Below are positions 47,142-56,967 of a DNA stretch of 64,000 bases, piece after piece. Each line of letters begins with the position of its first letter. Positions within the stretch are counted from its first letter, which is position 1. The notes below the pieces were generated by a model. That model had not been told where the DNA came from. It did not search any database and saw only the letters and a program-made list of their open reading frames with translations. The DNA is from Candidatus Bathyarchaeota archaeon (GTDB taxonomy: Archaea > Thermoproteota > Bathyarchaeia > RBG-16-48-13 > GCA-020355125): assembly GCA_026015035.1 (NCBI GenBank), contig JAOZHB010000061.1:4424-68423 (forward strand), read 5' to 3'. Position numbers and translations under genes: made by a program.

Positions 47142-49210
47142 TGCGGTGTGTTCACATGACTGAAGCCAGAACTCTTGGGCCTGTGGAACGGTTTCAAAAC
47201 TTCTTGGGATCCTTTCAATCAGAGGATGGTGATTATAAGTATCGGCAGAGAATCTCGCAGATGGCTGTTCGGGGCTTCCGCCACTTGATGGTGGACTTCG
47301 ATGACCTCGTTATCATTGATTCAAGCTTTGCCGAGGACCTCGTCGATCAACCCGACGTGTACGTGGGTCGTGCTGAAGAGGCGGCGTTAGCCCAGCTTCG
47401 GATTGAAGACCCCGAGTATGCTGGGGAAATCGATCGCGTTCGTTTGCGGTTCCGAGGGCTTCCTGAGACGACGCTGCTGAGGTTGATGGGTGCGGACCAC
47501 ATCAACCGGCTCATCATGGTCGAAGGCATCCTCGTCAGAGCCTCCTCGGTTCAACCTTTCTTGACGAAGGCCGTCTTCCGCTGTCGCCGTTGTGGGACAA
47601 CAGTGCCTGTTGAGCAGACCACCCCGAATGTACAATTTCCTTCAACCTGTCTCGATCCTTCTTGCCGGAGGACAGGACCCTTCGACATCGTGGAAGGGGA
47701 GTCCGAATTCATAAACTTCCAGAAGGTGAGGGTTCAGGAACGTCCTGAAGACCTGCCTCCCGGGCAGCTTCCACGGTGGATCGACGCGAGGCTGGTTGAG
47801 GACTTGGTCGATGTGGCCCGACCGGGGGATCGGGTGACCCTGATAGGCGTCGTTCGAACGGTTCGGGGGTACTCGCAGGGGAGATCCCTGTCGAGGGCCT
47901 TCGACATCTTCCTTGAGACCAATTACATAGATATCTTGGGAAAAGAGCTTGAGATCGTCCAGATTTCTCTCGATGAGGAGGAGTGGATTAAAGAGTTCAG
48001 CTTGGATCCCCGGGTCCACGAGAAAATCGTGCGGTCGATCGCCCCCTCCATCTACGGATACGTCGACATCAAAGAGGCCATTATGTACCTCCTATTCGCA
48101 GGGGTTCCTAAACTACTCGCCGACAACATCTCCATACGGGGTGACAGCAACATCCTCATCGTCGGGGATCCCGGTACGGCGAAAAGCCAGCTCCTTCAAT
48201 ACGTGTCAAAAATCGCTCCCCGAGGCCTCTATACGAGTGGTCGAGGGTCGACCGCAGCGGGTTTAACCGCGGCGGTTATTCGGGAACGGGAAGGTGGCAT
48301 GACCCTTGAGGCCGGCGCCCTGGTCTTGGCTGACCGGGGTATCTGCTCCATCGACGAAATGGATAAAATGAGAACCGAGGACCGCGTGGCCATCCACGAG
48401 GCGATGGAGCAGCAGACCGTGTCTGTTGCCAAAGGCGGTATCGTGGCTACCTTGAACGCTCGAACGTCCATTCTGGCCGCTGCGAATCCCGCGTTGGGGC
48501 GATATGACCCGTACCGAACCATGATTGAGAACATCAATCTTCCGACGACCATTCTCTCTCGCTTCGACTTGATCTTTCTGATTAAGGATTTACCGGATAA
48601 GGAAGTGGACAAACGGATGGCGGAACACATCCTCCAGCTTCACAAGACGGGGTCGTCGCCCGTGGAAGCTCCCGTACCGCCTCAGATGCTGAAGAAGTAC
48701 ATCAGCTATGCCAAGACGATTCGCCCCATCTTGACTGACGAGGCCATGGAACGCTTTGAAGATTTCTATGTCCAGATGAGGACGACTGAGTCCCGGGACT
48801 CGCCAATCGCCATCACCGCCAGACAGCTGGAAAGCCTGATCAGGATCGCTGAAGCCCGAGCGAGGGCCGCCCTTCGAAAGGAGGTTCTCGTTGAAGACGC
48901 TCAAGCCTCGATTTTGCTCATGCGAAAGTCTCTGGAGCAGGTGGGCGTCGACATAAGTGGTTCCGGGGAGATCGATATCGACATCATCATGACGGGGAAG
49001 CCTAAGAGCTTGCGGGACAAGCTTCAAGTCGTCCTCTCCACCATCATTGACGCCGAAAAAGAGACGGGGATGGTGCGGGAGGAGGAGTTGTACGAGCGGC
49101 TGCAGCGAGAGTACGACATCCGACGGGAGGAGGCTTACCGACTCATCGGCCAGCTGACGCGAGAGGGCACGATTTATTCTCCGAGGCAAGGATTCTTCAA
49201 GAAAACGTAG
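47141..49210 (+). CDS. mcm: MCM replicative helicase
   Basis: ORF 47120..49210. The ATG at 47141 overlaps the gins23 stop (TAATG); another candidate is 47156 (MTEARTLGPVERFQNFL). Zinc finger CRRCG...CLDPSCRR, Walker A GDPGTAKSQLL, Walker B CSIDEMDKM, Arg finger SRFDLIF. No intein. Confidence 0.95.
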   Translation: MRCVHMTEARTLGPVERFQNFLGSFQSEDGDYKYRQRISQMAVRGFRHLMVDFDDLVIIDSSFAEDLVDQPDVYVGRAEEAALAQLRIEDPEYAGEIDRVRLRFRGLPETTLLRLMGADHINRLIMVEGILVRASSVQPFLTKAVFRCRRCGTTVPVEQTTPNVQFPSTCLDPSCRRTGPFDIVEGESEFINFQKVRVQERPEDLPPGQLPRWIDARLVEDLVDVARPGDRVTLIGVVRTVRGYSQGRSLSRAFDIFLETNYIDILGKELEIVQISLDEEEWIKEFSLDPRVHEKIVRSIAPSIYGYVDIKEAIMYLLFAGVPKLLADNISIRGDSNILIVGDPGTAKSQLLQYVSKIAPRGLYTSGRGSTAAGLTAAVIREREGGMTLEAGALVLADRGICSIDEMDKMRTEDRVAIHEAMEQQTVSVAKGGIVATLNARTSILAAANPALGRYDPYRTMIENINLPTTILSRFDLIFLIKDLPDKEVDKRMAEHILQLHKTGSSPVEAPVPPQMLKKYISYAKTIRPILTDEAMERFEDFYVQMRTTESRDSPIAITARQLESLIRIAEARARAALRKEVLVEDAQASILLMRKSLEQVGVDISGSGEIDIDIIMTGKPKSLRDKLQVVLSTIIDAEKETGMVREEELYERLQREYDIRREEAYRLIGQLTREGTIYSPRQGFFKKT

Positions 49211-49239
49211 TCGAGGACACTCAGGTCAGGACGAAGAAG

Positions 49240-51477
49240 TTGAAGATTGAAGACCTCCCCCTCCCAGAAGGGGTGAAAGCCGTCATTTCGTCGTCAGATA
49301 TTTCGAGTCTTTACCCGCCTCAGGAAGACGCGATTAAAGCTGGCGCGTTGGACGGCGAAAACCTTGTTTTAGCCAGTCCTACGGCGAGTGGAAAGACATT
49401 GATCGCGGAACTCTGCGCCATGAAGCACATATTGGAGGGTGGGGGGAAGGTTCTTTATTTAACGCCTCTCCGAGCCTTGACTTCAGAAAAGTATGAAGAC
49501 TTTAAGAAGTACACGGCGGTTCGGAAGGGGGATGGGCAGAGGATTCAGGTCGCCATTTCCACGGGTGACTACGACGGTTCGGATCCCTGGCTCGGTAAAT
49601 ACGACGTGATCATCACCACGAATGAGAAGTGTGACAGCCTTCTGCGACACAGGCCGAATTGGATACGCGATGTGACGCTTCTCGTCGCGGATGAAGTGCA
49701 CACCCTCCTCGACCGTGACCGCGGTCCAACCCTGGAAGTGACTCTGACCCGACTTCGAGAAACCAATCCCCAAGCACAGATCCTTGCTTTAAGCGCGACC
49801 ATAAAGAACGCTGACGAAATCGCTGACTGGCTTGGGGCCACGTCGATTACCACCGATTGGCGTCCCGTGAAGTTGGTGGAAGGCGTGTACCTGGACGGCG
49901 AATGCCAGTTCAATAGTGGGGACGCCATCCGCGTCAGGGACGAGAATGGTAATCCAGCCATCAACTTTGCGTTGCACACGCTTCGGAGTGGTGGACAAGC
50001 ATTAATCTTCGCCAACACCAGGCGGAGGGCCGTGGCCTATGCTAAACGAGCCGGCAACGCAGTTAAAAAAATACTATCGAAGCCCGAGTCACGAACGCTC
50101 AAAACCATCGCGGATCAGCTGAGTCGCACTGGGGAGCGGACGCGACTCAGCGACCTCCTCGCCAATCTAGTGGAGCAAGGCGTTGCCTTTCACCATGCCG
50201 GATTGGCGGCTTCACATCGAAAGATCGTTGAGGACTCATTTCGAAGGGGCAGGCTCAAAATCGTCTCCGCGACCCCCACCCTCGCCTCAGGGGTGAATCT
50301 GCCTGCGCGAACGGTCATCGTCTCCGACACGCGACGCTACAATCCGGGATACGGCCTTTACGACATCTCCGTGTTAGAGTATAAGCAGATGGCGGGGCGG
50401 GCGGGTAGGCCGAGATACGATAAAATCGGGGAGGCCGTCCTCATCTCAAGGACCGAAGATGAACAGGACTACCTCATGGAGCGATATGTTTTTTCGGAGC
50501 CTGAAAGGATATGGTCCAAGCTTGCTGTTGAGAAGACCCTGCGATCCCACGTTCTCGCCACCGTGGCCTCTGGCTTCACTCACACTGAGGAGGGGTTACT
50601 GGACTTTTTCCGTAAAACGTTTTACGCTCAGCAATTCGATTCAGACCCCATTGACGAGTTGGTCAGCACGGTTTTAGAGTACCTGTTCGTGGAGGGGATG
50701 CTCACCGTTGATGGAAGGCATCTGGAGGCGACGCGGTTTGGCCGTAGAGTGTCCGAGCTGTACATCGACCCAGTCTCCGGCGTCATCATCCGGGACGGAC
50801 TGGAAAACCGGCCTCGTCACATAACAGATGTGAGCCTTCTCCAACTGGTCTGCCACACACCCGACGTGGTTCCCAAGTACTATCCTCGGAGGCGTGAGAT
50901 TGAGGGTCTCAACGCCTTCGTTGAGCTTCATTCCGATGAGTTCTTCTTTCCCACGCCAGGCGACGACGATTTTGTGGAGTTTGAATCATTTCTCGGTGAG
51001 GTAAAATGTGTGTGCGTCTTGGACGCATGGATTCAAGAGGTTTCTGAGGAGGGTCTCATCGAGAGGTTTTCTGTTCAGCCGGGAGACTTGTTCAGGCTGA
51101 TTCGTTCCGTGGACTGGCTTCTTCACGCTACTCGCGACCTCACCCGGCTCTTCGGTCATAAGGATCTGCTTCAAAGGCTTTCCGCGTTGCAGCTGCGGGT
51201 GAAGAGCGGGATTAAAGAGAACCTCGTTCCATTGGTCGCGTTGGAGGGTGTTGGACGGGTTCGAGGGCGAATCCTCTTCAATGCAGGTCTCAGAACGTTG
51301 GACGACTTGAAAAAGGCGTCCCTGACCCAGCTTACGACGCTTCCCCTTATAGGACCTCAGGTCGCACGAAGGATAAAGGAGCAAGTTGGTGGGTTTATCA
51401 AGACGGAGGAGTTAGACGCCTTCAGGCAAGGCGAGGAGTGGCAGCAAAAAGTTTTATCAGACTTTGAAGGTGGGTGA
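49240..51477 (+). CDS. hel308: Hel308/Hjm Ski2-like DNA helicase
   Basis: 745 aa with LYPPQEDAI (Q motif), ASPTASGKT, VADEVHTL, SATIKN and AGRAGRPRYD, plus a C-terminal HhH domain. Confidence 0.9.
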   Translation: MKIEDLPLPEGVKAVISSSDISSLYPPQEDAIKAGALDGENLVLASPTASGKTLIAELCAMKHILEGGGKVLYLTPLRALTSEKYEDFKKYTAVRKGDGQRIQVAISTGDYDGSDPWLGKYDVIITTNEKCDSLLRHRPNWIRDVTLLVADEVHTLLDRDRGPTLEVTLTRLRETNPQAQILALSATIKNADEIADWLGATSITTDWRPVKLVEGVYLDGECQFNSGDAIRVRDENGNPAINFALHTLRSGGQALIFANTRRRAVAYAKRAGNAVKKILSKPESRTLKTIADQLSRTGERTRLSDLLANLVEQGVAFHHAGLAASHRKIVEDSFRRGRLKIVSATPTLASGVNLPARTVIVSDTRRYNPGYGLYDISVLEYKQMAGRAGRPRYDKIGEAVLISRTEDEQDYLMERYVFSEPERIWSKLAVEKTLRSHVLATVASGFTHTEEGLLDFFRKTFYAQQFDSDPIDELVSTVLEYLFVEGMLTVDGRHLEATRFGRRVSELYIDPVSGVIIRDGLENRPRHITDVSLLQLVCHTPDVVPKYYPRRREIEGLNAFVELHSDEFFFPTPGDDDFVEFESFLGEVKCVCVLDAWIQEVSEEGLIERFSVQPGDLFRLIRSVDWLLHATRDLTRLFGHKDLLQRLSALQLRVKSGIKENLVPLVALEGVGRVRGRILFNAGLRTLDDLKKASLTQLTTLPLIGPQVARRIKEQVGGFIKTEELDAFRQGEEWQQKVLSDFEGG

Positions 51478-51684
51478 GTCCTTTCGCCACTCGCGTGAAC
51501 CCTCTCCTTGTTCTTATGACAAGCGTCTTTAGCTTTTGACCTTGCCTACTCGGCGTTTACGGAGACTCTGCCGTCAAAACGTACGTGGACTTAATCCTTC
51601 GCATAGATCTTCCAGCTCGGACTTGAGGGGTAGATTAAAGATTAACCTCCTCCTTTTACCATACACGTGTAAGGAGGCTGATCG

Positions 51685-52221
51685 GTGAACCTGTTTAAGG
51701 CCATCCTGGAGAGACGAAGCGTGAGAGCGTTCACTCCAGAGACTGTTCCAGACGAGGTAGTAGAATCGATTTTGGGCGCCGCCCGGTGGGCACCCTCCGC
51801 TGGAAATTGTCAGGCACGGGACTTCATCGTCGTCGAAGACCCACGGGTGAAGAAGGCGTTATCTGAAGCCGCGTTAGATCAGAGATTCATCGAAGCTGCA
51901 CCGATAACCATCGTTGTGTGCGCGAACGAGAGGCGTTCAGCCCACAGATATGGGCGGAGGGGACGAGAACTATATTGTCTGCTGGATGCTGCTGCCGCCG
52001 CTCAAAACCTTCTCCTCGCAGTCCACGCTTTAGGCCTCGGTGGATGTTGGGTCGGGGCTTTCGACGACAGCCAGGTCGGGAAAGCGTTGAATCTGCCTCC
52101 GTGGCTGAAGCCCGTGGCCATAATCCCCATCGGCTACCCCGATGAGAAGCCTTGGACACCGCAGCGCCGCCCCCTCAAAGACCACATTCACATCGATCGC
52201 TACGATAGAAAACCCGTTTAA
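51685..52221 (+). CDS. Nitroreductase-family flavoprotein
   Basis: 178 aa with MNLFKAILERRSVRAF, APSAGNCQ and GLGGCWVGAF. GTG start 6 nt after AAGGAGG. Confidence 0.9.
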   Translation: MNLFKAILERRSVRAFTPETVPDEVVESILGAARWAPSAGNCQARDFIVVEDPRVKKALSEAALDQRFIEAAPITIVVCANERRSAHRYGRRGRELYCLLDAAAAAQNLLLAVHALGLGGCWVGAFDDSQVGKALNLPPWLKPVAIIPIGYPDEKPWTPQRRPLKDHIHIDRYDRKPV

Positions 52222-52231
52222 CGGTGAGAAT

Positions 52232-53230
52232 ATGCGTGTTGAAACCAGTCCCATCCCCTCTGTAGACATGGAGGGCGTCTTAGTCCCCCGCCTCATTCTC
52301 GGCCATCTACCCTTCGTAGGCGAGTCCTACCAAGGCGATGAACGCAATAAAGCGTTGGCCAAAACCTTCTCTCATGTCGAGAACACGATTAACGTTATAG
52401 CCAAAGCTGTGAACGAGTACGGTGTCACGGCCATGGCCGTCGGCGCTGCCAGTGAAAGCAGGCTTTCCTGCCTCCTCTTAGACGCTGTCAGGAAAGTCGG
52501 TGGAATGACTCGGAAAGAGCTGTCTCTCCTTCCTTGCCTGCGGATACCCTTGACCCTCGATGGGAAACCGATTGACGATTATCGGCGGTGGGTCACCTAC
52601 TACGCGTCTGAACGAAGCATCGTGGGAGACAATCTTCTGAGAAAATATGTTGAGGACCCCATCCTCCTCTGTCGGCAGGGGTGGGCCAAGAGGTTTCCCG
52701 TGGCCCAAAAGCAGTTCTCGCCCTACAGCAGGGAAGAGATGGGACGCCTTCGAATAAATTACGAGGGTCTTGAAACGGCATTGGCTTCCTTCAAAGGCTT
52801 CAAGGTCCTGTTTGCTGAAGCGGGGTCTGAAAGCGACTTCCTCGCCATGACAGGTCGACTCGACTTATTAGAGGAGTTCACTCACTTCCTCGGAACGAAA
52901 TTACGCTGTCCAGTCTTGCTGGGTCTTCACCACTCGGGAACAAGTATTCCGATACTGGAAAAGAGTGACCTTGACGTCGTGGGCTACGTCACTCCAGTCA
53001 ACCCTCTTGGCGCCCTGATGCTTCCTACCCAAGCGAGAGCCTTGAAGGCCATAATGGCCTCAGGAAAAAGCGTCATCGCCATTAAGCCAATGGCGGGAGG
53101 TCGAGTCCCGCCTAGCGAGGCCTTCGAATATGTTTTCAACAAGGCGGGGGTTGACGCCTCCTTGATCGGAGTGGCTTCAGAGGTGGAGGTTGACGAGGAC
53201 TTCCCGATGGCCTTGAAAGCATTGCGCTGA
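52232..53230 (+). CDS. Hypothetical protein (332 aa)
   Basis: ORF 52142..53230. The ATG at 52232 removes the overlap with the nitroreductase gene. Globular composition, no motif recognised. Confidence 0.6.
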   Translation: MRVETSPIPSVDMEGVLVPRLILGHLPFVGESYQGDERNKALAKTFSHVENTINVIAKAVNEYGVTAMAVGAASESRLSCLLLDAVRKVGGMTRKELSLLPCLRIPLTLDGKPIDDYRRWVTYYASERSIVGDNLLRKYVEDPILLCRQGWAKRFPVAQKQFSPYSREEMGRLRINYEGLETALASFKGFKVLFAEAGSESDFLAMTGRLDLLEEFTHFLGTKLRCPVLLGLHHSGTSIPILEKSDLDVVGYVTPVNPLGALMLPTQARALKAIMASGKSVIAIKPMAGGRVPPSEAFEYVFNKAGVDASLIGVASEVEVDEDFPMALKALR

Positions 53231-53274
53231 CTTATTCTACACTTCCTGCAGCATGAAGGAATTTCCCGGGTTAC

Positions 53275-53290
53275 GTAGCTAGATAGCTAC
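53275..53290. repeat. Degenerate AGCT-register palindrome GTAGCTAGATAGCTAC
   Basis: One central mismatch from a perfect 16-nt palindrome, 45 nt after the 53230 stop. Confidence 0.6.
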
Positions 53291-53521
53291 GGTCAGAGGA
53301 GCATGGAGCCCACCACTTAACAGGTAATAAACTTGCTGAAAACGGGGAGTATTTACGTAGTATAAGGGGGATTACCCTCTCGGCAGCTAAGTGTTGAGGG
53401 TAAACATTGTAGTCTTTTATAACTTCAATACATCACAATTCAACCTACAACTTTTCGAAAATAGTTGACTGAATCGACATACCCAACTACGTCTAGAGGA
53501 ATCCTCCTACGTTAACAATAG

Positions 53522-53590
53522 CGGAAAAAGTGGATCACGGGTTCCCTCTTCCCCCTTGGGGAAGGGAGGTCGTTTTCCACTTTCTTTCCG
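53522..53590 (-). terminator. Nested imperfect hairpin immediately 3' of prs
   Basis: The outer arms CGGAAAAAGTGGA / TCCACTTTCTTTCCG enclose the inner arms CCCTCTTCCCCC / GGGGAAGGGAGG. The structure starts 17 nt past the prs stop. Confidence 0.3.
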
Positions 53591-53606
53591 GGGATGAATG
53601 GCCCTC

Positions 53607-54551
53607 TTAGGGGATCTTCTTCAACGCTTCTGCTGCCAAGGAGACGATTGAGAGTTCGGTGAAGGGGTTTCGAGTTTGTTCGGTTATGAAGGAATTCGTC
53701 GTTATCACTTCGCGACTGCCCAGCACATTCAGCCTGTTTATTCCTCGAGCCGTCCAGAGATGGGCTAACACAATTTGTATGCTTCTCGGTCCACCGGCCT
53801 CCGAAAGCCGGTATGCCATCTCCGTCGTCCCACCGGAAGAAGCGATGTCATCGTAGATGATGATGTCTTTGTCGGTGAAGTCGGATTGAGGAGGTTCCAT
53901 GTCCACCCGACCCGTCTCAGGGTCCCGGGTCTTGGGTAGACACTCGTATCCACAGTGAAGCTGGTTAGAGAGTTCCACTGCCATTCTTTCTGGACCTCTT
54001 CCTGGACCCACAATAAGCGGGTTTTTCAAGTCTTTCGTAGCAAGGTAGCTGGCGAATGTGCCGGCTGAGCCTATGTCGTAGACCTTCATGGATTTGAAAA
54101 ACGCTTGAAGACCTCTCTCCTTGCCGTAGAGGTGGGAGTTAATCGTTATCAAATTGTTGAAGTCAAGGTCTTCCAAGATGTCTGCGATTTTGGTCAAGGA
54201 GTTCGATTCTCCAGGCAGACGCTCGCCGTCCTGTCTGGCGTAGAACATGTATGGTAACAGCAGGTCTTTCCTTTTCACTCCATACTTCGTCAAGGTATCG
54301 GCGACTAGAATGGTCTTCAACACGCAGTCGTTGGGGTCAGGCTCATATCTCCTCGCCCGTATCACGACGAGGGCGGTCCTATTTCCAATCTTCCTCAAGT
54401 CCGAACTATTCATCCGGGTCTTTAATTCCGTGTCGGGAAAGATCGTAGACGTTATCTGAATGAAGTCGGTTTGAAGCTTTGTAGCAAGTTCTTCAGCAAA
54501 ATCGTTCTCACCGACGATCACATAGTTACTCACAAGGCTACCTCCCATCAA
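53607..54551 (-). CDS. prs: Ribose-phosphate pyrophosphokinase (PRPP synthetase)
   Basis: 314 aa with the PRPP-binding loop IIIYDDIASSGGTTEM and VVGPGRGPERMA. Confidence 0.85.
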   Translation of the reverse strand: MMGGSLVSNYVIVGENDFAEELATKLQTDFIQITSTIFPDTELKTRMNSSDLRKIGNRTALVVIRARRYEPDPNDCVLKTILVADTLTKYGVKRKDLLLPYMFYARQDGERLPGESNSLTKIADILEDLDFNNLITINSHLYGKERGLQAFFKSMKVYDIGSAGTFASYLATKDLKNPLIVGPGRGPERMAVELSNQLHCGYECLPKTRDPETGRVDMEPPQSDFTDKDIIIYDDIASSGGTTEMAYRLSEAGGPRSIQIVLAHLWTARGINRLNVLGSREVITTNSFITEQTRNPFTELSIVSLAAEALKKIP

Positions 54552-54852
54552 AAAGACATTTCACCTCATAAGCTTTGCGAGACCACCTAAAAAGGGTTTT
54601 GAGACACGTTACAATCGTTTCGGGAAGCCTCTTTCGACTAAGTGTACATGGTTTCTTTGACTGTACTTGAGACTGCAATCATGCCACCCCTTTAGGCGTC
54701 TGTGCTCCCTGCGACTCCCAGCATCGAAGAACACAATCCGTTCCACCTCTACGTTGAGGCTCAACGATCTTCAATTCCGAGAGTATGACTCAAGGAGATG
54801 AAATGAAAAGTCGGAATCTTTTTATTTCATAATTAGGAATGTTGATTTCTTA

Positions 54853-56763
54853 TTGGTGAAGATTTTGTATGGCACTACGAGTAACTTGCTACGAGTAAAC
54901 TTGTCAGATGGCGCTGTGAAGCGTGAACGATTGCAGGAGGACACCCTTCAAACCTACTTAGGAGGGAAGTGTTTAGGGGCGAAAATCCTCTACGAGGAAC
55001 TTGAGCCCGGAATCGACCCGTTAGGGCCGGAGAACAAGCTGGTCTTCGCCGCGGGACCCTTAACCGGAGCCCCGTTTGCTGGTCACAGTCGTTACGTCGT
55101 GATGGGGAAATCCCCCCTCACCGGTGGATGGGGGGAGTCCCATGCCGCGGGATTCTTCGGTCCCGAATTGAAGTACGCGGGTTACGACGCAATTGTCATT
55201 GAGGGACGGGCAGAGAAACCTGTATACCTGTGGATTCGTGATGGTGTGGCAGAGCTGCGTGACGCCACAGGTCTTTGGGGGTTAGTGACTGGTGATGTCC
55301 AAGCGGCGATACGGCGGGCGGTTGGGGACGAAAAAACACGTGTTGCGTCTATAGGTCCTGGCGGGGAGAATCTCGTTAAATACGCTTCGATTATGAGCGA
55401 CCTCTACTGCGCTGCTGGTCGATGTGGCATGGGCACGATCATGGGCTCCAAGCGGTTGAAGGCCGTGGCTGTGAGAGGACCTCCAAAGGTGCCTATCGCT
55501 GACGAAGAGGCGTTCACCGGTCTCTTGAAGACTACAGCGGAGAGCGCGATGACGGGGTGGGGTACCGGAATGTTCGAGCATGGAACCGGCGGCGATTTAG
55601 CTGGTCTACACTACTCAGGTCGCTTGCCCACCAAGGCTTTTCTGAAGGGCACCTTTGACGGATCCGAGAAGATCACGGGTCAAACCCTTACGCAAACCAT
55701 CTTGAAGGACAGGGCGACGTGCCCCGATTGCCCTGATTTCCATTACCGGATTGTGGAGACAAGTGGCCGCTACACTACTAATCCGATGTACGGTGGACCT
55801 GAATACGAGACCCTCGCCTCCTTCGGCTCCCTCTGCTTGAACGACGACCTCGAAGCCATTGCAAAGGCCAACGAGCTCTGCAACAAGTATTCCCTTGACA
55901 CGATCGCCACCGGGGTCACCCTCGCTTTCGCCATGGAGTGCTACGAAAAAGGCGTCATCACCACGAAGGACACAGACGGCATCGACCTGTCCTGGGGGAA
56001 CGGCGACGCCATAATCGCGATGATTCCCAAGATCGCGATGCGAGAGGGACTGGGCGACGTCCTAGCGGAGGGCGTGAAGCGGGCTGCGGAGACACTTGGC
56101 GGCGAATCCGCGACGTGGGCCCTTCATGTGAAGGGGGCGGAGCTTCCCATGCACGAGCCCCGAGGTAAGAAGGGCGTGGGATTAACCTACGCTACGTCGG
56201 ATAGAGGGGCCTCGCACCTACAAGTGTATCACGATGACGCCTTCGAGAGCGAGGCCAACGCGGCGCCTGAGATCGGAATAGACTCCAGCCTTATCCCTCA
56301 AAGCAGGACGGAGACCGGTCCTCGCAAGGTCAAGCTGGTGAAGATCAGTGAGGACCTCATGGCCCTGTACAACAGCCTCGTAATCTGCAGATTTGTCTTC
56401 TATCCCGCAGGTGTGCCTCTGCAAACCTTGACGGGTCTCTTCAAGTCTGTGACTGGTTGGGATGCGTCGCCCATGGAGCTGCTGCGGGTTGGTGAGCGCT
56501 CATTCAATCTAACACGGGCCTTCAACGCGCGGGAAGGCTTCACCCGCGAAGACGATGCTCTGCCCCAGAGAGTGAGGGCTCCCCTCCCTGACGGCGCTCT
56601 TAAAGGAGAAGCCTACCCCCAGCAGGTGTTGGATGAGATGCTAGACCTCTACTACGACAATCGGGGATGGGATCGAAAACGCGGGTGGCCAGCGAGGAAG
56701 AAGCTCAACGAACTCGATCTGGGATGGGTCGCGGACGACCTGTCAAAACGAGGCCTCCTCTGA
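54853..56763 (+). CDS. aor: Tungsten/molybdopterin aldehyde:ferredoxin oxidoreductase family enzyme
   Basis: 636 aa with an N-terminal LLRVNLSDG...YLGGKCLGAKIL and GGWGESHAAGFFG. Size and order are typical of the AOR family. Confidence 0.9.
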   Translation: MVKILYGTTSNLLRVNLSDGAVKRERLQEDTLQTYLGGKCLGAKILYEELEPGIDPLGPENKLVFAAGPLTGAPFAGHSRYVVMGKSPLTGGWGESHAAGFFGPELKYAGYDAIVIEGRAEKPVYLWIRDGVAELRDATGLWGLVTGDVQAAIRRAVGDEKTRVASIGPGGENLVKYASIMSDLYCAAGRCGMGTIMGSKRLKAVAVRGPPKVPIADEEAFTGLLKTTAESAMTGWGTGMFEHGTGGDLAGLHYSGRLPTKAFLKGTFDGSEKITGQTLTQTILKDRATCPDCPDFHYRIVETSGRYTTNPMYGGPEYETLASFGSLCLNDDLEAIAKANELCNKYSLDTIATGVTLAFAMECYEKGVITTKDTDGIDLSWGNGDAIIAMIPKIAMREGLGDVLAEGVKRAAETLGGESATWALHVKGAELPMHEPRGKKGVGLTYATSDRGASHLQVYHDDAFESEANAAPEIGIDSSLIPQSRTETGPRKVKLVKISEDLMALYNSLVICRFVFYPAGVPLQTLTGLFKSVTGWDASPMELLRVGERSFNLTRAFNAREGFTREDDALPQRVRAPLPDGALKGEAYPQQVLDEMLDLYYDNRGWDRKRGWPARKKLNELDLGWVADDLSKRGLL

Positions 56764-56958
56764 CGAACGCAATCAATGCCCCTAGTGACGGGGCCGCTCT
56801 TCACGTTCCCCCACCCAAAGCCCTCACTCTTTTACCCCGACTCCCGAAGACGAATACAGAGTAGAATCTGAGAAACTCTAGTTGGACATGAAGTTTAGGT
56901 CACTGCTCAGCTGTAAAACTCAGAACAGACCAGTCCTTTGAGGCATCGTCTGATTCAG

Positions 56959-56967
56959 TAGCTAGCT
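56959..56967. repeat. (AGCT)n tract TAGCTAGCT overlapping the proC stop codon
   Basis: 9 nt in register. The minus-strand TAG stop of proC (56962-56964) lies inside it. Confidence 0.85.

Noticed and set aside
48590-49189. 199-aa minus-strand ORF
   Set aside because: Antisense to mcm.
47141-49210. Intein in MCM, or in the helicases and primase
   Set aside because: Protein lengths are canonical. The Walker A, Walker B and Arg-finger blocks are contiguous, with no Cys/Ser...HN splice junction insertions.
33466-51477. Replication origin next to the replisome genes
   Set aside because: No orc1/cdc6 gene and no repeated ORB-like dyads were found. Only the weak AT-rich element at 43540-43616 is noted separately.
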